Made by a program: the position numbers and the translations under genes
Assembly (NCBI RefSeq): GCF_041146345.1
Contig: NW_027191410.1
Span: forward strand, 124,001 to 188,000
Direction: 5' to 3'
From: Neodothiora populina
Lineage: Eukaryota
DNA: 64,000 nt
The notes under the pieces: generated by a model
What the model saw: only the letters and a program-made list of their open reading frames with translations
Told to the model about the DNA's origin: nothing
Database searches by the model: none
Shown: piece after piece, positions 52,301 through 62,256 of the stretch
Layout of the letters: every line of letters starts with the position of its first letter
Position numbering within the stretch: the stretch's first letter is position 1

Positions 52301-52502
52301 CAAGAAAGTCAAAGAGAACGATGTGACCAGCGAAGGCGGAGACACTGAGTCTCGCGAAGAACAGCCCCTACCACAGCAAGTGCAGATGGAGACAGTCAAA
52401 CAAGAATTGAGACCTTGGATGGTACAGAAGTGGTGTGAGGAGCATAGCATCTGCTGTCTATGGAGAGAAGGTCTCAGAGGTGGAGTCAAGCAGCGGTATT
52501 GA
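49383..52502 (+). CDS. SLX4: Structure-specific endonuclease scaffold subunit Slx4
   Basis: Long low-complexity ORF with [10 protein letters not shown] and LFGTSSQL. C-terminal Slx1-binding domain [22 protein letters not shown]...[14 protein letters not shown]. Several AT-hook-like PRGRP motifs. Confidence 0.9.
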   Translation: [1039 protein letters not shown]

Positions 52503-53021
52503 TCTATCCTTGGCGACCGCCGTGGACATATCCCATTTTTTGGCTCCAATAAGCATTACCCCCGCTTTGGTTTATCGATCGAATTTGCACTCTGGAGGTT
52601 GGTTTCTAGGCATCAGAGCATTGCCCGTGCGCCTTTCGTAAGATAATCACTTTTACAGACACCATACGACTCATCCTTGACCTATAACAACATACACAAA
52701 GTAAATACCCAAATCGACGACTGGTCAGACTCCAAATAGCTTTGTATCACCTTCACATGTCTACGTTCTCAGCTAAGAAAAGATGAAAAGCCAAATGTAA
52801 CATTTGACGATCTAACAGAGTAAGCGCGGTCATCAAAAAGCTAAATGTAAGACCAATGAAGTGGGAGTCATAGAAGTAAGTATATATATCACTGTGTTGT
52901 TCTCCCTCTGGCTAGAGTCTCTACATCTCAACACATCAACTTCAACATACCTTACACTCACAAGCACGGTACAATTACCACTCTACCACTTAGGATATCA
53001 AATCCAGAGAGCCACAACACA

Positions 53022-53945
53022 ATGGACACCACAAAGCTCAACCAGAGCACTCCCGACCAACGAGACATATTTCCCTTCGCAGGCTGCATAGACAATACGC
53101 TTGCTGTATTTGAGCGCCACAATTATCCTTTCATCCTGGTCGGTGTTGCGGCTACAAATTGGTCCGGCAGTAACTCAATGCCAGGTCGAGAGATAGACCT
53201 TTTGATCGATTCATGGATGATAGGGCCCGTCATTGAGGATCTCATAGCTGAGGAATGGGACGTGTGCCAGAATCCATACATTGAGACCCATCCCAAATGG
53301 GCTATCGGCCCCAGCAGCTATCAAAACGACACGCCAATCCGAGACACATGGCTTGTTTGTCGCAAGCGATTTGTGTTGCATACATCTAATCCGGAGAATT
53401 TATATCTTCGTCTTTGGCCTGAAAGCTTGTATCATCTCTCGATCGATTGCAACAAGATCCAGGCCCCCGATGTCTATCCATGCAGTCATGTCTTGCTCGA
53501 AGAAGAGTATTACTACGACCCTGAGGAGAGATTCGGCCCAAACCGAGCATCCAAACTCATAGAGGAAGGTCAGCCAATTCTAAGAGGAGAATCATTCCGA
53601 TTCCGAAAGGACTCATTTGTGCCAATCTACATACCGCGGATCGAGGACCATCTGAATGCACTTCTGGACCAATGGCGAGAAGAGTGCACAACCAATATCC
53701 AAAATGGCAATAGCCCCAAGTGGCACATACACAACTTTATTCGATATAACATATGGGACTGGCCACCTGCAAGCGCGTGGCTGCTTGACAACAAGATCCA
53801 GGCTCGCAATTACAAATATATGAAACAAAAGCTGGACCGCTATGTGCGCAAACCCCTTTGCGTGTACGATTCTATCTTGAAGGAGATCAGATCTGTCTAT
53901 CCTTGGGACCTGCCTCTGTACCCCGAGTTGAGAACGAGCAAATAA
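53022..53945 (+). CDS. Hypothetical protein (307 aa) with an N-terminal nucleotidyltransferase-like motif
   Basis: Intact intronless ORF with good start context (ACACAATGG) and TATATATA at about 52881. PFILVGVAA..x12..REIDLLI resembles the hG(G/S)xA..[DE]hD signature of Pol-beta/AbiEii-type NTases. The fold call is inference. Confidence 0.6.
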   Translation: MDTTKLNQSTPDQRDIFPFAGCIDNTLAVFERHNYPFILVGVAATNWSGSNSMPGREIDLLIDSWMIGPVIEDLIAEEWDVCQNPYIETHPKWAIGPSSYQNDTPIRDTWLVCRKRFVLHTSNPENLYLRLWPESLYHLSIDCNKIQAPDVYPCSHVLLEEEYYYDPEERFGPNRASKLIEEGQPILRGESFRFRKDSFVPIYIPRIEDHLNALLDQWREECTTNIQNGNSPKWHIHNFIRYNIWDWPPASAWLLDNKIQARNYKYMKQKLDRYVRKPLCVYDSILKEIRSVYPWDLPLYPELRTSK

Positions 53946-54719
53946 TCAACTACCACTGAAGGAGCGTCATTCGAAATATCGACGGGCACATCATCTAAAT
54001 GCGGACTTCTATGGGTACCGCCACACAAACAACACAATCTTGTCGGCACCCATCTTTTGGCTTCAGCATTACCCATCAGCTTCTCACAATGTTCTCGCAG
54101 AAATGCATAAAAATGATCAGCTCCAATCAAGTCACGACCTCGATGGATACATCCGACATAGATGAGCCGTCGTAAGCTTGTGACAAAAACACTTCCTCGA
54201 CATAGAATTCTCGTAGAACAAGAATACTATTACGGATGCCCTTCTGAATCCGAAAGAAGAATGCTATTGGCACGTGAGCCCTCTTGTCACCTTCCTCGTT
54301 TGAGGTGGCATATCTGTGTCAACACTCGAGTCTGTAGGGACGTGCTTGCATGGTCGTTCCTTCCATTTAAGCACTTTCCATTTGAATTGTGACTGTAGTG
54401 ACCATGACACGCTAGGAAACGTGAGGTATATTAAGATCTCTTGTGTCCCCTTCACTTTTCCTTTCTTCAACTTCGGCCAAAACATATTTTGTGAGTCACC
54501 TTCAGCCAGGAAAGTTATCATTATTCGGACACATCTAACAAGCATACCTAGACCGAAACCTCTATCGTTATCTTGACATCATAATCAACATTCATTATGC
54601 TACATCCTTCCAGCAATCTGCCCCACCAGCATTTGTACATATGTTTGTGCTCTGCCTTGCCTGCTTATTCGTCGAAGCTGACTGACATCTCCAATAGTTA
54701 TCCATCGCCTCCATCAACC

Positions 54720-55301
54720 ATGTCGTCCCTCACCAATCTACAACAAGGGTGCCTCGACGCCTACGCCGCTGCCTGCAATCTCATGCCTCCCGACCTCCTT
54801 CGTGCCTTTATCTTGATCGGAGGAGCCGCCACGATAGCACAAGGGTCACCAGAGCGCAAGACCGAAGACATTAACATTGCTGTCAGCCCCGATGCTCTGG
54901 TGGCCTTTGTGTCGTTGGCTGACAATCGTCGAGGAGGATTCGCACGGCACAACGACGAGAGCTTCACTTGGGATGTAACGGCTCAGGGCAAGGTCTCCTT
55001 CCAGATTCCCATCGAGCTGCTGCTGATTCCTGGGCCATTCGTCCCACGTAGCCTGTCTGTTGACAAGTTTCGGTCTGGTTTCGTTGCCACCATTCAGGAA
55101 CTTGTGCGGCTGAGGATGTCCTCCCTTGTAGGTCGAGGTGACGACAAGGACTACCGAGATCTCCAACTCCTCCTCCCCATGGCAGAGACCAGGGGAATCC
55201 TCCTGCCCGACATTGTCGATGAGGAGGAGTTTGGGGATATGATGGCGGCGGTGGAGTTGGTGGGGGCAGATTGCTATGGAGGGATGTTTGTCAGTATTTA
55301 A
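54720..55301 (+). CDS. Hypothetical protein (about 193 aa), AbiEii-like nucleotidyltransferase fold
   Basis: AFILIGGAA...RKTEDINIAV and C-terminal ELVRLR...GRGDDKDYRDLQLLL match the GG-A / RxTxDhD / R..KD..D pattern. The start is chosen at ACCATGT (54720); the 3' end could be extended by an intron. Confidence 0.65.
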   Translation: MSSLTNLQQGCLDAYAAACNLMPPDLLRAFILIGGAATIAQGSPERKTEDINIAVSPDALVAFVSLADNRRGGFARHNDESFTWDVTAQGKVSFQIPIELLLIPGPFVPRSLSVDKFRSGFVATIQELVRLRMSSLVGRGDDKDYRDLQLLLPMAETRGILLPDIVDEEEFGDMMAAVELVGADCYGGMFVSI

Positions 55302-55440
55302 TCTGAATAGAATTTAGAACAGTACGACACCTTTCGTTCTTGAACATAATGCTTGACTGAATGCAATGTGAATACATCATTTTGCCGATGAGCTCTGACT
55401 CGCACTGTACCGAGCTCAGTCGGGACCGGGGTGATGATGA

Positions 55441-55692
55441 TTGACCGAAGCATCGCTCACGGTTGAAAGAAGCATCACTCACGGTTGACAGAAGCGTCAC
55501 TCATAATTGACAAAAGACTTCATCACATTTCAACAGAAGCATCACTCATAGTTGACAGAAGACTCAATCACATTTCAACAGAAGACTCACTCACGGCGAA
55601 CGGTAGACTCACTCACGGTTGACAGTAGCCTCACTTAGGATTAACAGAAGCCTTGCTCATGGCTGATAGTAAGCCTGCTCAAGGCTGATGGT
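55441..55692 (+). repeat. 22-bp tandem array C (about 11 units, consensus approx. TTGACAGAAGMMTCACTCACGG)
   Basis: Units include ttgaccgaagcatcgctcacgg, ttgaaagaagcatcactcacgg, ttgacagaagcgtcactcataa, ttgacagtagcctcacttagga and ttaacagaagccttgctcatgg. Two units are 23 bp. Confidence 0.9.
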
Positions 55693-55809
55693 ATCAAATA
55701 AAGACATGGTAAAAGCTAGATGACTCGACGCAGTACCTTGTCTGCTTTTCCTACTACATGAACAACCAAAAAGATGAAGGCAAGATAAGGTAAAAGAAGC
55801 AAAAGGAAA

Positions 55810-55928
55810 ACATACAGCAGCTGGGATTCCCACGTGGTCACCCACCGTAGTACTAATCAGCCGGTCAACTGCTTATGTCTGGCAGAGCGGACGGGATGCC
55901 CAGTTCTCAGCTGCCTGTGGCCGTATGT
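55810..55928 (-). rRNA. 5S ribosomal RNA gene (dispersed copy)
   Basis: The reverse complement reads ACATACGGCCACAGG...GGGCATCCCGTCCGCTCTGCC...TTAGTACTACGGTGGGTGACCACGTGGGAATCC..GCTGTATGT (119 nt, with 5'/3' helix I pairing). A T-rich Pol III terminator follows, and a TATA-like element lies about 30 bp upstream. Confidence 0.96.
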
Positions 55929-56163
55929 ACTGCTTTTCTTCTCAAGTACCGACCATATACTATATCTCGGAAAGATTGCTCGAGGGCTTGCATGGACGTA
56001 GAGAACCACTGAGGTCAGGGAGAAGAACTATGGGGAGTGTGGAGATATACAGGTAGGTGTTTGTTTCTTTTGTATGTTCATAGGTCTTGTTTTGGTCATG
56101 TACATGCGCCGCAGACTCGGTCTTTTCCTCTTTCTTTTTGGATCACTTGTCTAACTCTCTACT

Positions 56164-57921
56164 CTAGATGTACTTGTAGGGGTTCATGATGCCGTTCTGC
56201 GAGTATCGTTAGTTTGAAACTGGTCTTTGCATGGGAGTTTCGTTTGTGGCACTTACGGGATCATAAAGGCTCTTGATCTGCTTCATGAGCTTAATCATGG
56301 TCTCGCTCCTGCTGTAGCCGATATACGGCTTCTTCTGGATACCCAGACCGTGCTCTGCACTGATACTGCCACTACGCTTGGAGACCCACTCGTAGACGAA
56401 AGGCTCGAGAGCCTTTTCCACCGTCTTGTCGTAGCGTCTGACGGGCACGTTCAAATGTAGGTTTGCATCGCCCATGTGGCCGTATCCGACCACGTCGACG
56501 ACTGGGAACTCGTCGGTCTCGCCGATGAGGCCGGCTTCGGATAATTTGGCGCGAGTCTCCTCGACGAGTGCGTAGAGCTCATTGATGGGGATGGACAGGT
56601 CGTACTTGTAGACGCCTCCCCAGTGGCCCAAGTGCTCGGGTACGCCCTCTCTGCAGCCCCATAGCTCGCGGATCTGCGTCTGGTCCTGGGCGACGACGCC
56701 GTCGCTGACGATCTCCTCGCCCATGACGTGTTCGAGGAATGCCTCGAGCTTCTCCTGATCGTGCTCGCTGTTGCTGCCGCTAGTCTCGATCAAGCAGTAG
56801 AAGGGGTGCTCGGCCTCTAGCGGCAGGCGGTTGCCACTGGCGGTGTGGTAGAGGTTCTGACTACGTCCATCCATGAGCTCGAAAGCAGACAGGATCTCGC
56901 CGAGCTGACCCTTTGCTTCCCGGAAAGCCTGCTGGACTTTTTCGAAAGACTCGAGGCCGAAGTATGCCACGTTGGTGGCGTTGCTGCGTTGCGGGCAGAG
57001 AATGGAGATTGCGGTGATGATGCCGATGGTGCCCTCGCCACCGATGAAGAGCTGCTTGATGTCGTAGCCGGTGTTGTTCTTGCGAAGCTTGCAGAGGTCG
57101 TCGACAATGGTACCGTCGGGGAGAACAGCCTCGATTCCGAGGATGTTGCCGTGCAAGCTACCATAGCGGAGAAGACGAAGACCACCGGCGTTGGTGGCGA
57201 CGTTGCCACCGATCTGGCAAGAGCCCTTGGCACCCAGGTCGAGAGGGAAGATGTGCTTACGCTCACCGAGGTAGTTGTCGGCGACCTCCAGAATGACTCC
57301 AGCATCAGCAACCAGAATGCCCGAGACGTCGTCGAAAGAACGGATCTCGTTCATGCGAGCGAGGTTGATGACGATTTCGTCAAAGACAGGCACGGAGCCA
57401 CCGACGAGACCAGTGTTGCCACCCTGCGGGACGACAGCCAGCATGTTGTCGTTGCAGTACTTCAAGATCTTGCTGACTTCCTCGGTGCTGCCGGGTCGCA
57501 CGACCAAGTTGGAGTGGCCTCTGTACTTTCTCATCCAGTCGGAGTTGTAAGACTCGAGGTCTTCGCCAGCGTCTTGGGTGACTCCATCGAGGACGGCGGA
57601 TTCGCTGCCGAGTAGTTGCTTGAAGAAGGCGACGTGCTCGGATGTCAGTTGTGCGTATTTAGGATCGCGCTTCAGCTCAGGGTAAGACTCGGACGTGAAC
57701 TTGATTTGTTTGGCGGCAGCGGCGGAAGGTGGGTCAATGTGAGGGTCAGTCGAGGCGGCAGTGGTGGCCTCGTTCTTTGTTTGCGCATTGGCTGACTGCC
57801 ATCGTCTCTGTACCGAGGTTGTGGCCTTGGGTGCGTTTCGCGCAATTGCTGCTCTCTGGAAGGCGAGGTTGGATGCGCGAAGTTGTCGCAGGACCGGCGC
57901 ACATCTGTGAAGGCTCTGCAT
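56164..57921 (-). CDS. DLD2: Mitochondrial FAD-linked D-2-hydroxyglutarate/D-lactate dehydrogenase
   Basis: [46 protein letters not shown] and SISAEHGLG. The last exon encodes [10 protein letters not shown]. Confidence 0.94.
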
Positions 57922-58668
57922 GTTGTGTTGGTGTATAGAAGTGTCGACCCGCCCGTGAAGTAGTCCTCGTCTATGCCTTGTCGTCCGTATGTACAATAGG
58001 TAAGTGGAGGGGCGAAAAGCGAAAGTCACCGCTTGTAAAGTTTATAGTAAATATACAAAAAGCTGAGCTGCCGCACTCTACTTTCGTGTCTACTGTAAAT
58101 CTGAACGGTTTCCAACTCGCACGTATAGTCCCGGAACACCACAAAGTGAATAAACAGAAAGAAAGTCCGTTCCTGGCGACCAGAATGTAAAAGCAACACC
58201 CCCACTTTTGAGCAAAAGAGTGTTTAGAGCTACAAAACTATAGGTACTTTACCCAGCCTGCAGTGAGGTGCAATAGCGTGATGACCACCGGGACTGTCCT
58301 CCGTACAGTAGTACGATATGCAGCAGGACACCCGGCCCGCCTATCGTGCGGGCTAATCTACACCGAGTAAGGTATACTGTGGCTGAGTGAAGAGGGAATG
58401 GAGACAATGGAAATCAATGATCCCTCGGCGCTAAGATGACGATGTCGGAGTGGGAGAGCGCCAAGAGAAAACCCTCCGTCGCAGCGCTCTCTTCTCTTCA
58501 TGTAATAAATGCACCCACCACAAGTGGCCTGAGATGCTCTGACCTAATATCAGCCATACGTCACTTGTCACTTCGTAGGCCAGGTAGGTGACTTTTTGTT
58601 CGAGAGGCCGTCTTACTCGCCGGGATCTTGTTTTTCTCAAAAGTACTGCTACTTGACGTCGGTACACC

Positions 58669-59790
58669 ATGACTTCTCGAGACAAGACCCCCATAACCAT
58701 AATCACAGGGTTCGTGGGATCTGGCAAGACAAGTCTGATCCTCAACCTGATTCCTCAACTCCGCGCCGAGAACCCAGACTACAAGCTTGCCTTGATCAAA
58801 AATGAAATCGGTGATCTGGCGATTGACACGCAGCTGGCATCGGCCGCTGAAATGACCGGTGTCAGCGAGCTTCTGGGTGCCTGCATCTGCTGTACAAATG
58901 TCGGCCAGATCGGTGATTCTCTGCAGGAACTTGATGATAAGTACAATCCCGATCGTGTCATCATCGAGACATCCGGAAGTGCAGAGCCCATTAAGCTAAT
59001 GCTGGAGATCAAGAGGCTGGCCGCTGAGACTGGCAAATATGAGCTGGATGGCATCGTTTCTGTCATCGACGTAGAGAACTGGGGAGGTTATGCTAGCACG
59101 AGTTACACGGCCAAACTGCAAGCACGACAGACCGACATGATCGTCATGAACAAGTGGGAGAACGTAGACGAGATGAAGTACGAGCAGTGTCTTGATCGTC
59201 TGGGCGACATGGACGTCGAAACACCAGTCTTGAAAAGCGACAAGGGCTGGATCAGCAAGGACCTACTCTTTGGTCTTGATCGGAAGATGGCCGATGATTG
59301 GGTCAAGAGAGAGTTGCAGAATGGGCACGATCACCACGATGAACATGACCACAAGAACGGCGCACATTCACACGACCACAACGAGGAGATGGAGTGCCTC
59401 AGCATCGCGTACACAGCACCAGAAGGAACAAACGCCGGGATTGATCTGAACAAGCTCGATCTACTACTCAAGGCAGCCCCGAAGGATGAAGTCTACCGTA
59501 TCAAGGCTGTGGTCTACTCGTCAGAAACACCATCTGGCCTGGAATCTACACCTGCGGATGGCACCACGAACGGTCACACAGGACCGACAAGATACATTCT
59601 TAACTGGTCGTTTGGTCGTTGGGTGTGGACTAGAGACACCCCCAAGGACGGTGAGCCTGCTCTTCGCATGTCCATCTTCACCGCCCGATACGAGTCAAAT
59701 AAGTGGCAGAAGCGTGTCGAGGCAGGCACGTATATCGCTCTCCCTGGCGACCAGAACAAAGGTGACTTGACTGTCAAAAGAGTCTTATGA
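58669..59790 (+). CDS. CobW/COG0523 (G3E) P-loop GTPase, putative zinc metallochaperone
   Basis: ITGFVGSGKT, KNEIG, CxCC (ACICC), IETSG, NKWE and a His-rich linker. Confidence 0.9.
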   Translation: MTSRDKTPITIITGFVGSGKTSLILNLIPQLRAENPDYKLALIKNEIGDLAIDTQLASAAEMTGVSELLGACICCTNVGQIGDSLQELDDKYNPDRVIIETSGSAEPIKLMLEIKRLAAETGKYELDGIVSVIDVENWGGYASTSYTAKLQARQTDMIVMNKWENVDEMKYEQCLDRLGDMDVETPVLKSDKGWISKDLLFGLDRKMADDWVKRELQNGHDHHDEHDHKNGAHSHDHNEEMECLSIAYTAPEGTNAGIDLNKLDLLLKAAPKDEVYRIKAVVYSSETPSGLESTPADGTTNGHTGPTRYILNWSFGRWVWTRDTPKDGEPALRMSIFTARYESNKWQKRVEAGTYIALPGDQNKGDLTVKRVL

Positions 59791-60348
59791 TCGCCATGCT
59801 TCACATCATGGAGCAGAGTGAGATAAGTGCCTCGGGTCCTGCTTCTTCCCGGCTGCCTGAGGCCAGGACCCTACATTCATCGCCTAGCCACCTTCGATGC
59901 GATCGGTGACGATGATGCCGTTGTCATCAGCTCACCTTCCGAGCGACTGCAGCAGATACATCTTGGCTTGCTCCCACGTCGGTATACAACGCACATATCA
60001 CCGGTATTGACAGAGGACGGCCCATTGATCAACTAGCAAAGACATGAAGTTTAGTCTCCGAGGACTCTGAACGCGATCATCAGAAGCCAGAGATTCGTCA
60101 ATATAGAAACATGACGGAGTGAAATTGGAATAGAGATAGATGTTTTACGACCTCCCGTAGGGTACAATAATAACTAGAGAAGGTAGATATATGGTTAGGC
60201 GGCGATAGCGGACATAGCCGATTTAGTGGATTCTAGGGTGCGTCGACAGGTCTAAGGAAAAAACGCTCTGACCACCTCTCAAAACATCAAAGTACTGTAA
60301 ATGCATAATAAATAGAGATAGAACGATATCACAGCATCGTCCAGGGAA

Positions 60349-62256
60349 ATGTTTGCGCGTACTCTGCGAGTCGGATGCAGGCGAGCGTCGAGTCGAGGAC
60401 TTCGGACCGCCAGTCTTCCACAGAAGTCGACTCGTAGAAGATACTCCAATGCAAGCTCTGCGACCGCGACGAATGCGGCTCCAGCATCATCTCCAGTCGC
60501 CGCTTTAGGAGGGCTGACGAGCGAGCTGGACAAGCTGTCGCCTCGCTTTGATGTAAATGCTTCACAGATTCGGATCCTCAAGGATCCTAGTGAGTTCTAT
60601 GAGACGTTGAAGGTAAGTCTGCTCGCTCGATTCCTTGGACTCGTAGTCCCTTTTTCACATCATCTCTTCGTGCTGTCTCTGTTCCCAGTTCCATACTCAG
60701 GCCTCAGACATTGTTTCGATTTCGGCACAACATGTACAAAGATTCTGCGATAGCATTAGGTGCCTTTAAAGCGTCAGTGTGGATGCAACAGCTAATCGGG
60801 CCATGATAGGCCAAAATATCGACCGCTCAAAAGAGAGTATATCTATCAACTTTGTACATAGGAAAAAAGGAGCATGAACTCGTAGGTTTAGTCTTTAACC
60901 GTCAGATTCGAGCGATCTCTTTGTAACAGTGACAATCAGATAGCCACTGTTCGAGATGCGCTCAAGCGCAACCCCGAGCTCAAAGTGTCGTTTCTCACAG
61001 ATGCGTTGAGAGGAACCCGCGAGACACCTGATCCGTCGTGTGCAACGTTGCTCGCCAGTCTGGTGCAGGAGTTCGGCCCTCACAGAGTCGAAGTGTGCAT
61101 GTACCACACGCCTAATCTGACCGGCATTCGCAAGGCACTGTTGCCCAAACGTATCAACGAGGGATGGGGCCTCCAGCACATGAAGCTTTACGGCGTTGAT
61201 GACGAGATCATAATGTCTGGGTAGGTGCTTGTTTCCTCAGGTCGGAGAAAACTTTTATATTGATACCTATTGTTCAGAGCCAACCTGTCAGATGACTACT
61301 TCACAAACAGACAGGACCGCTACCACTTGATCTCATCCAAGGAGATCGCCGACTACTTTGAGAAGATTCACAAGACAGTATGCACTATCAGCTATCAGGT
61401 CACGCCGTCGAGCAGCGCTCCAGGCGGATTCACATTAGACTGGCCATCAACGAAAGCACAGCCGGAACCTCTATCTGACCCAACAAGCTACATGAACGCA
61501 GCCCGGGGTCTGCTCGCACCACTTCTCCAACCTTCTGCTATCGGTACCGAGGCATCGAAGCGCGAAAAGACGGATACCCAGCTTTATCCTCTCCTGCAAC
61601 TCACACCCTTACTCAAAGCCAACGACACGTCCACTGAGCTTCCAGCAATGAACAGCATACTCTCCCGTCTCGCTTCTCCCGGCTTCAGGGGTTCAAAGTG
61701 GACGTTCACAGCAGGCTACTTCAACATGACGCCTTGGCTACGAGAGCTGCTCCTGGCTTCATCGTCGTCGTCGGGGACAGTAGTAGCGGCATCGCCGTGG
61801 GCGAACGGGTTTTACGGATCCAAAGGCGTCAGTGGAATGTTGCCTGCGGCTTATACTTATCTGGGCAAGACCTTCCTTGGGTCAGTGAGCAAAGCAGGTT
61901 TGGCGGACAAGATCAAGCTCAAGGAATGGCGACGCGGCACAGTCAACGAAGCTGGCGGTTGGACATATCATGCCAAGGGACTGTGGATCACATTACCCGG
62001 TGACCAAGGACCTTGTATCAGCATCATCGGCAGCAGCAACTACACCAAGAGAAGCTACAGTCTTGATCTAGAGGCCAACGTGGCGATTGTGACGCGGAAT
62101 GAAGGGTTGATGAAGAGATTGGGAGAGGAGGAAGCCTGGTTGCAGGAGTATGCCGCAGTGGTAGACAAGTCGACGTTTGAGAAGACGCAGAGAAGGGTCG
62201 GCTTGCATGTGAGGATAGCCATGTGGATCGTGACGGCCGTGGGAGGCGCCTTGTAG
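60349..62256 (+). CDS. PGS1: CDP-diacylglycerol--glycerol-3-phosphate 3-phosphatidyltransferase (PLD family)
   Basis: LSTLYIG, GLQHMKLYGVDDEIIMSGANLSDDYFTNRQDRY, WTYHAKGLW and GSSNYTKRSYSLDLE. Three introns. Confidence 0.95.

Noticed and set aside
55441..55692. CRISPR-like interpretation of the 22-bp arrays
   Set aside because: The units are contiguous and degenerate, with no unique spacers and no cas genes, and the context is eukaryotic.
52600..55928. Starship or other transposon inserted at the 5S gene
   Set aside because: No tyrosine recombinase, transposase or RT ORF is present, the 5S gene is uninterrupted, and I found no convincing TIRs or target-site duplication.
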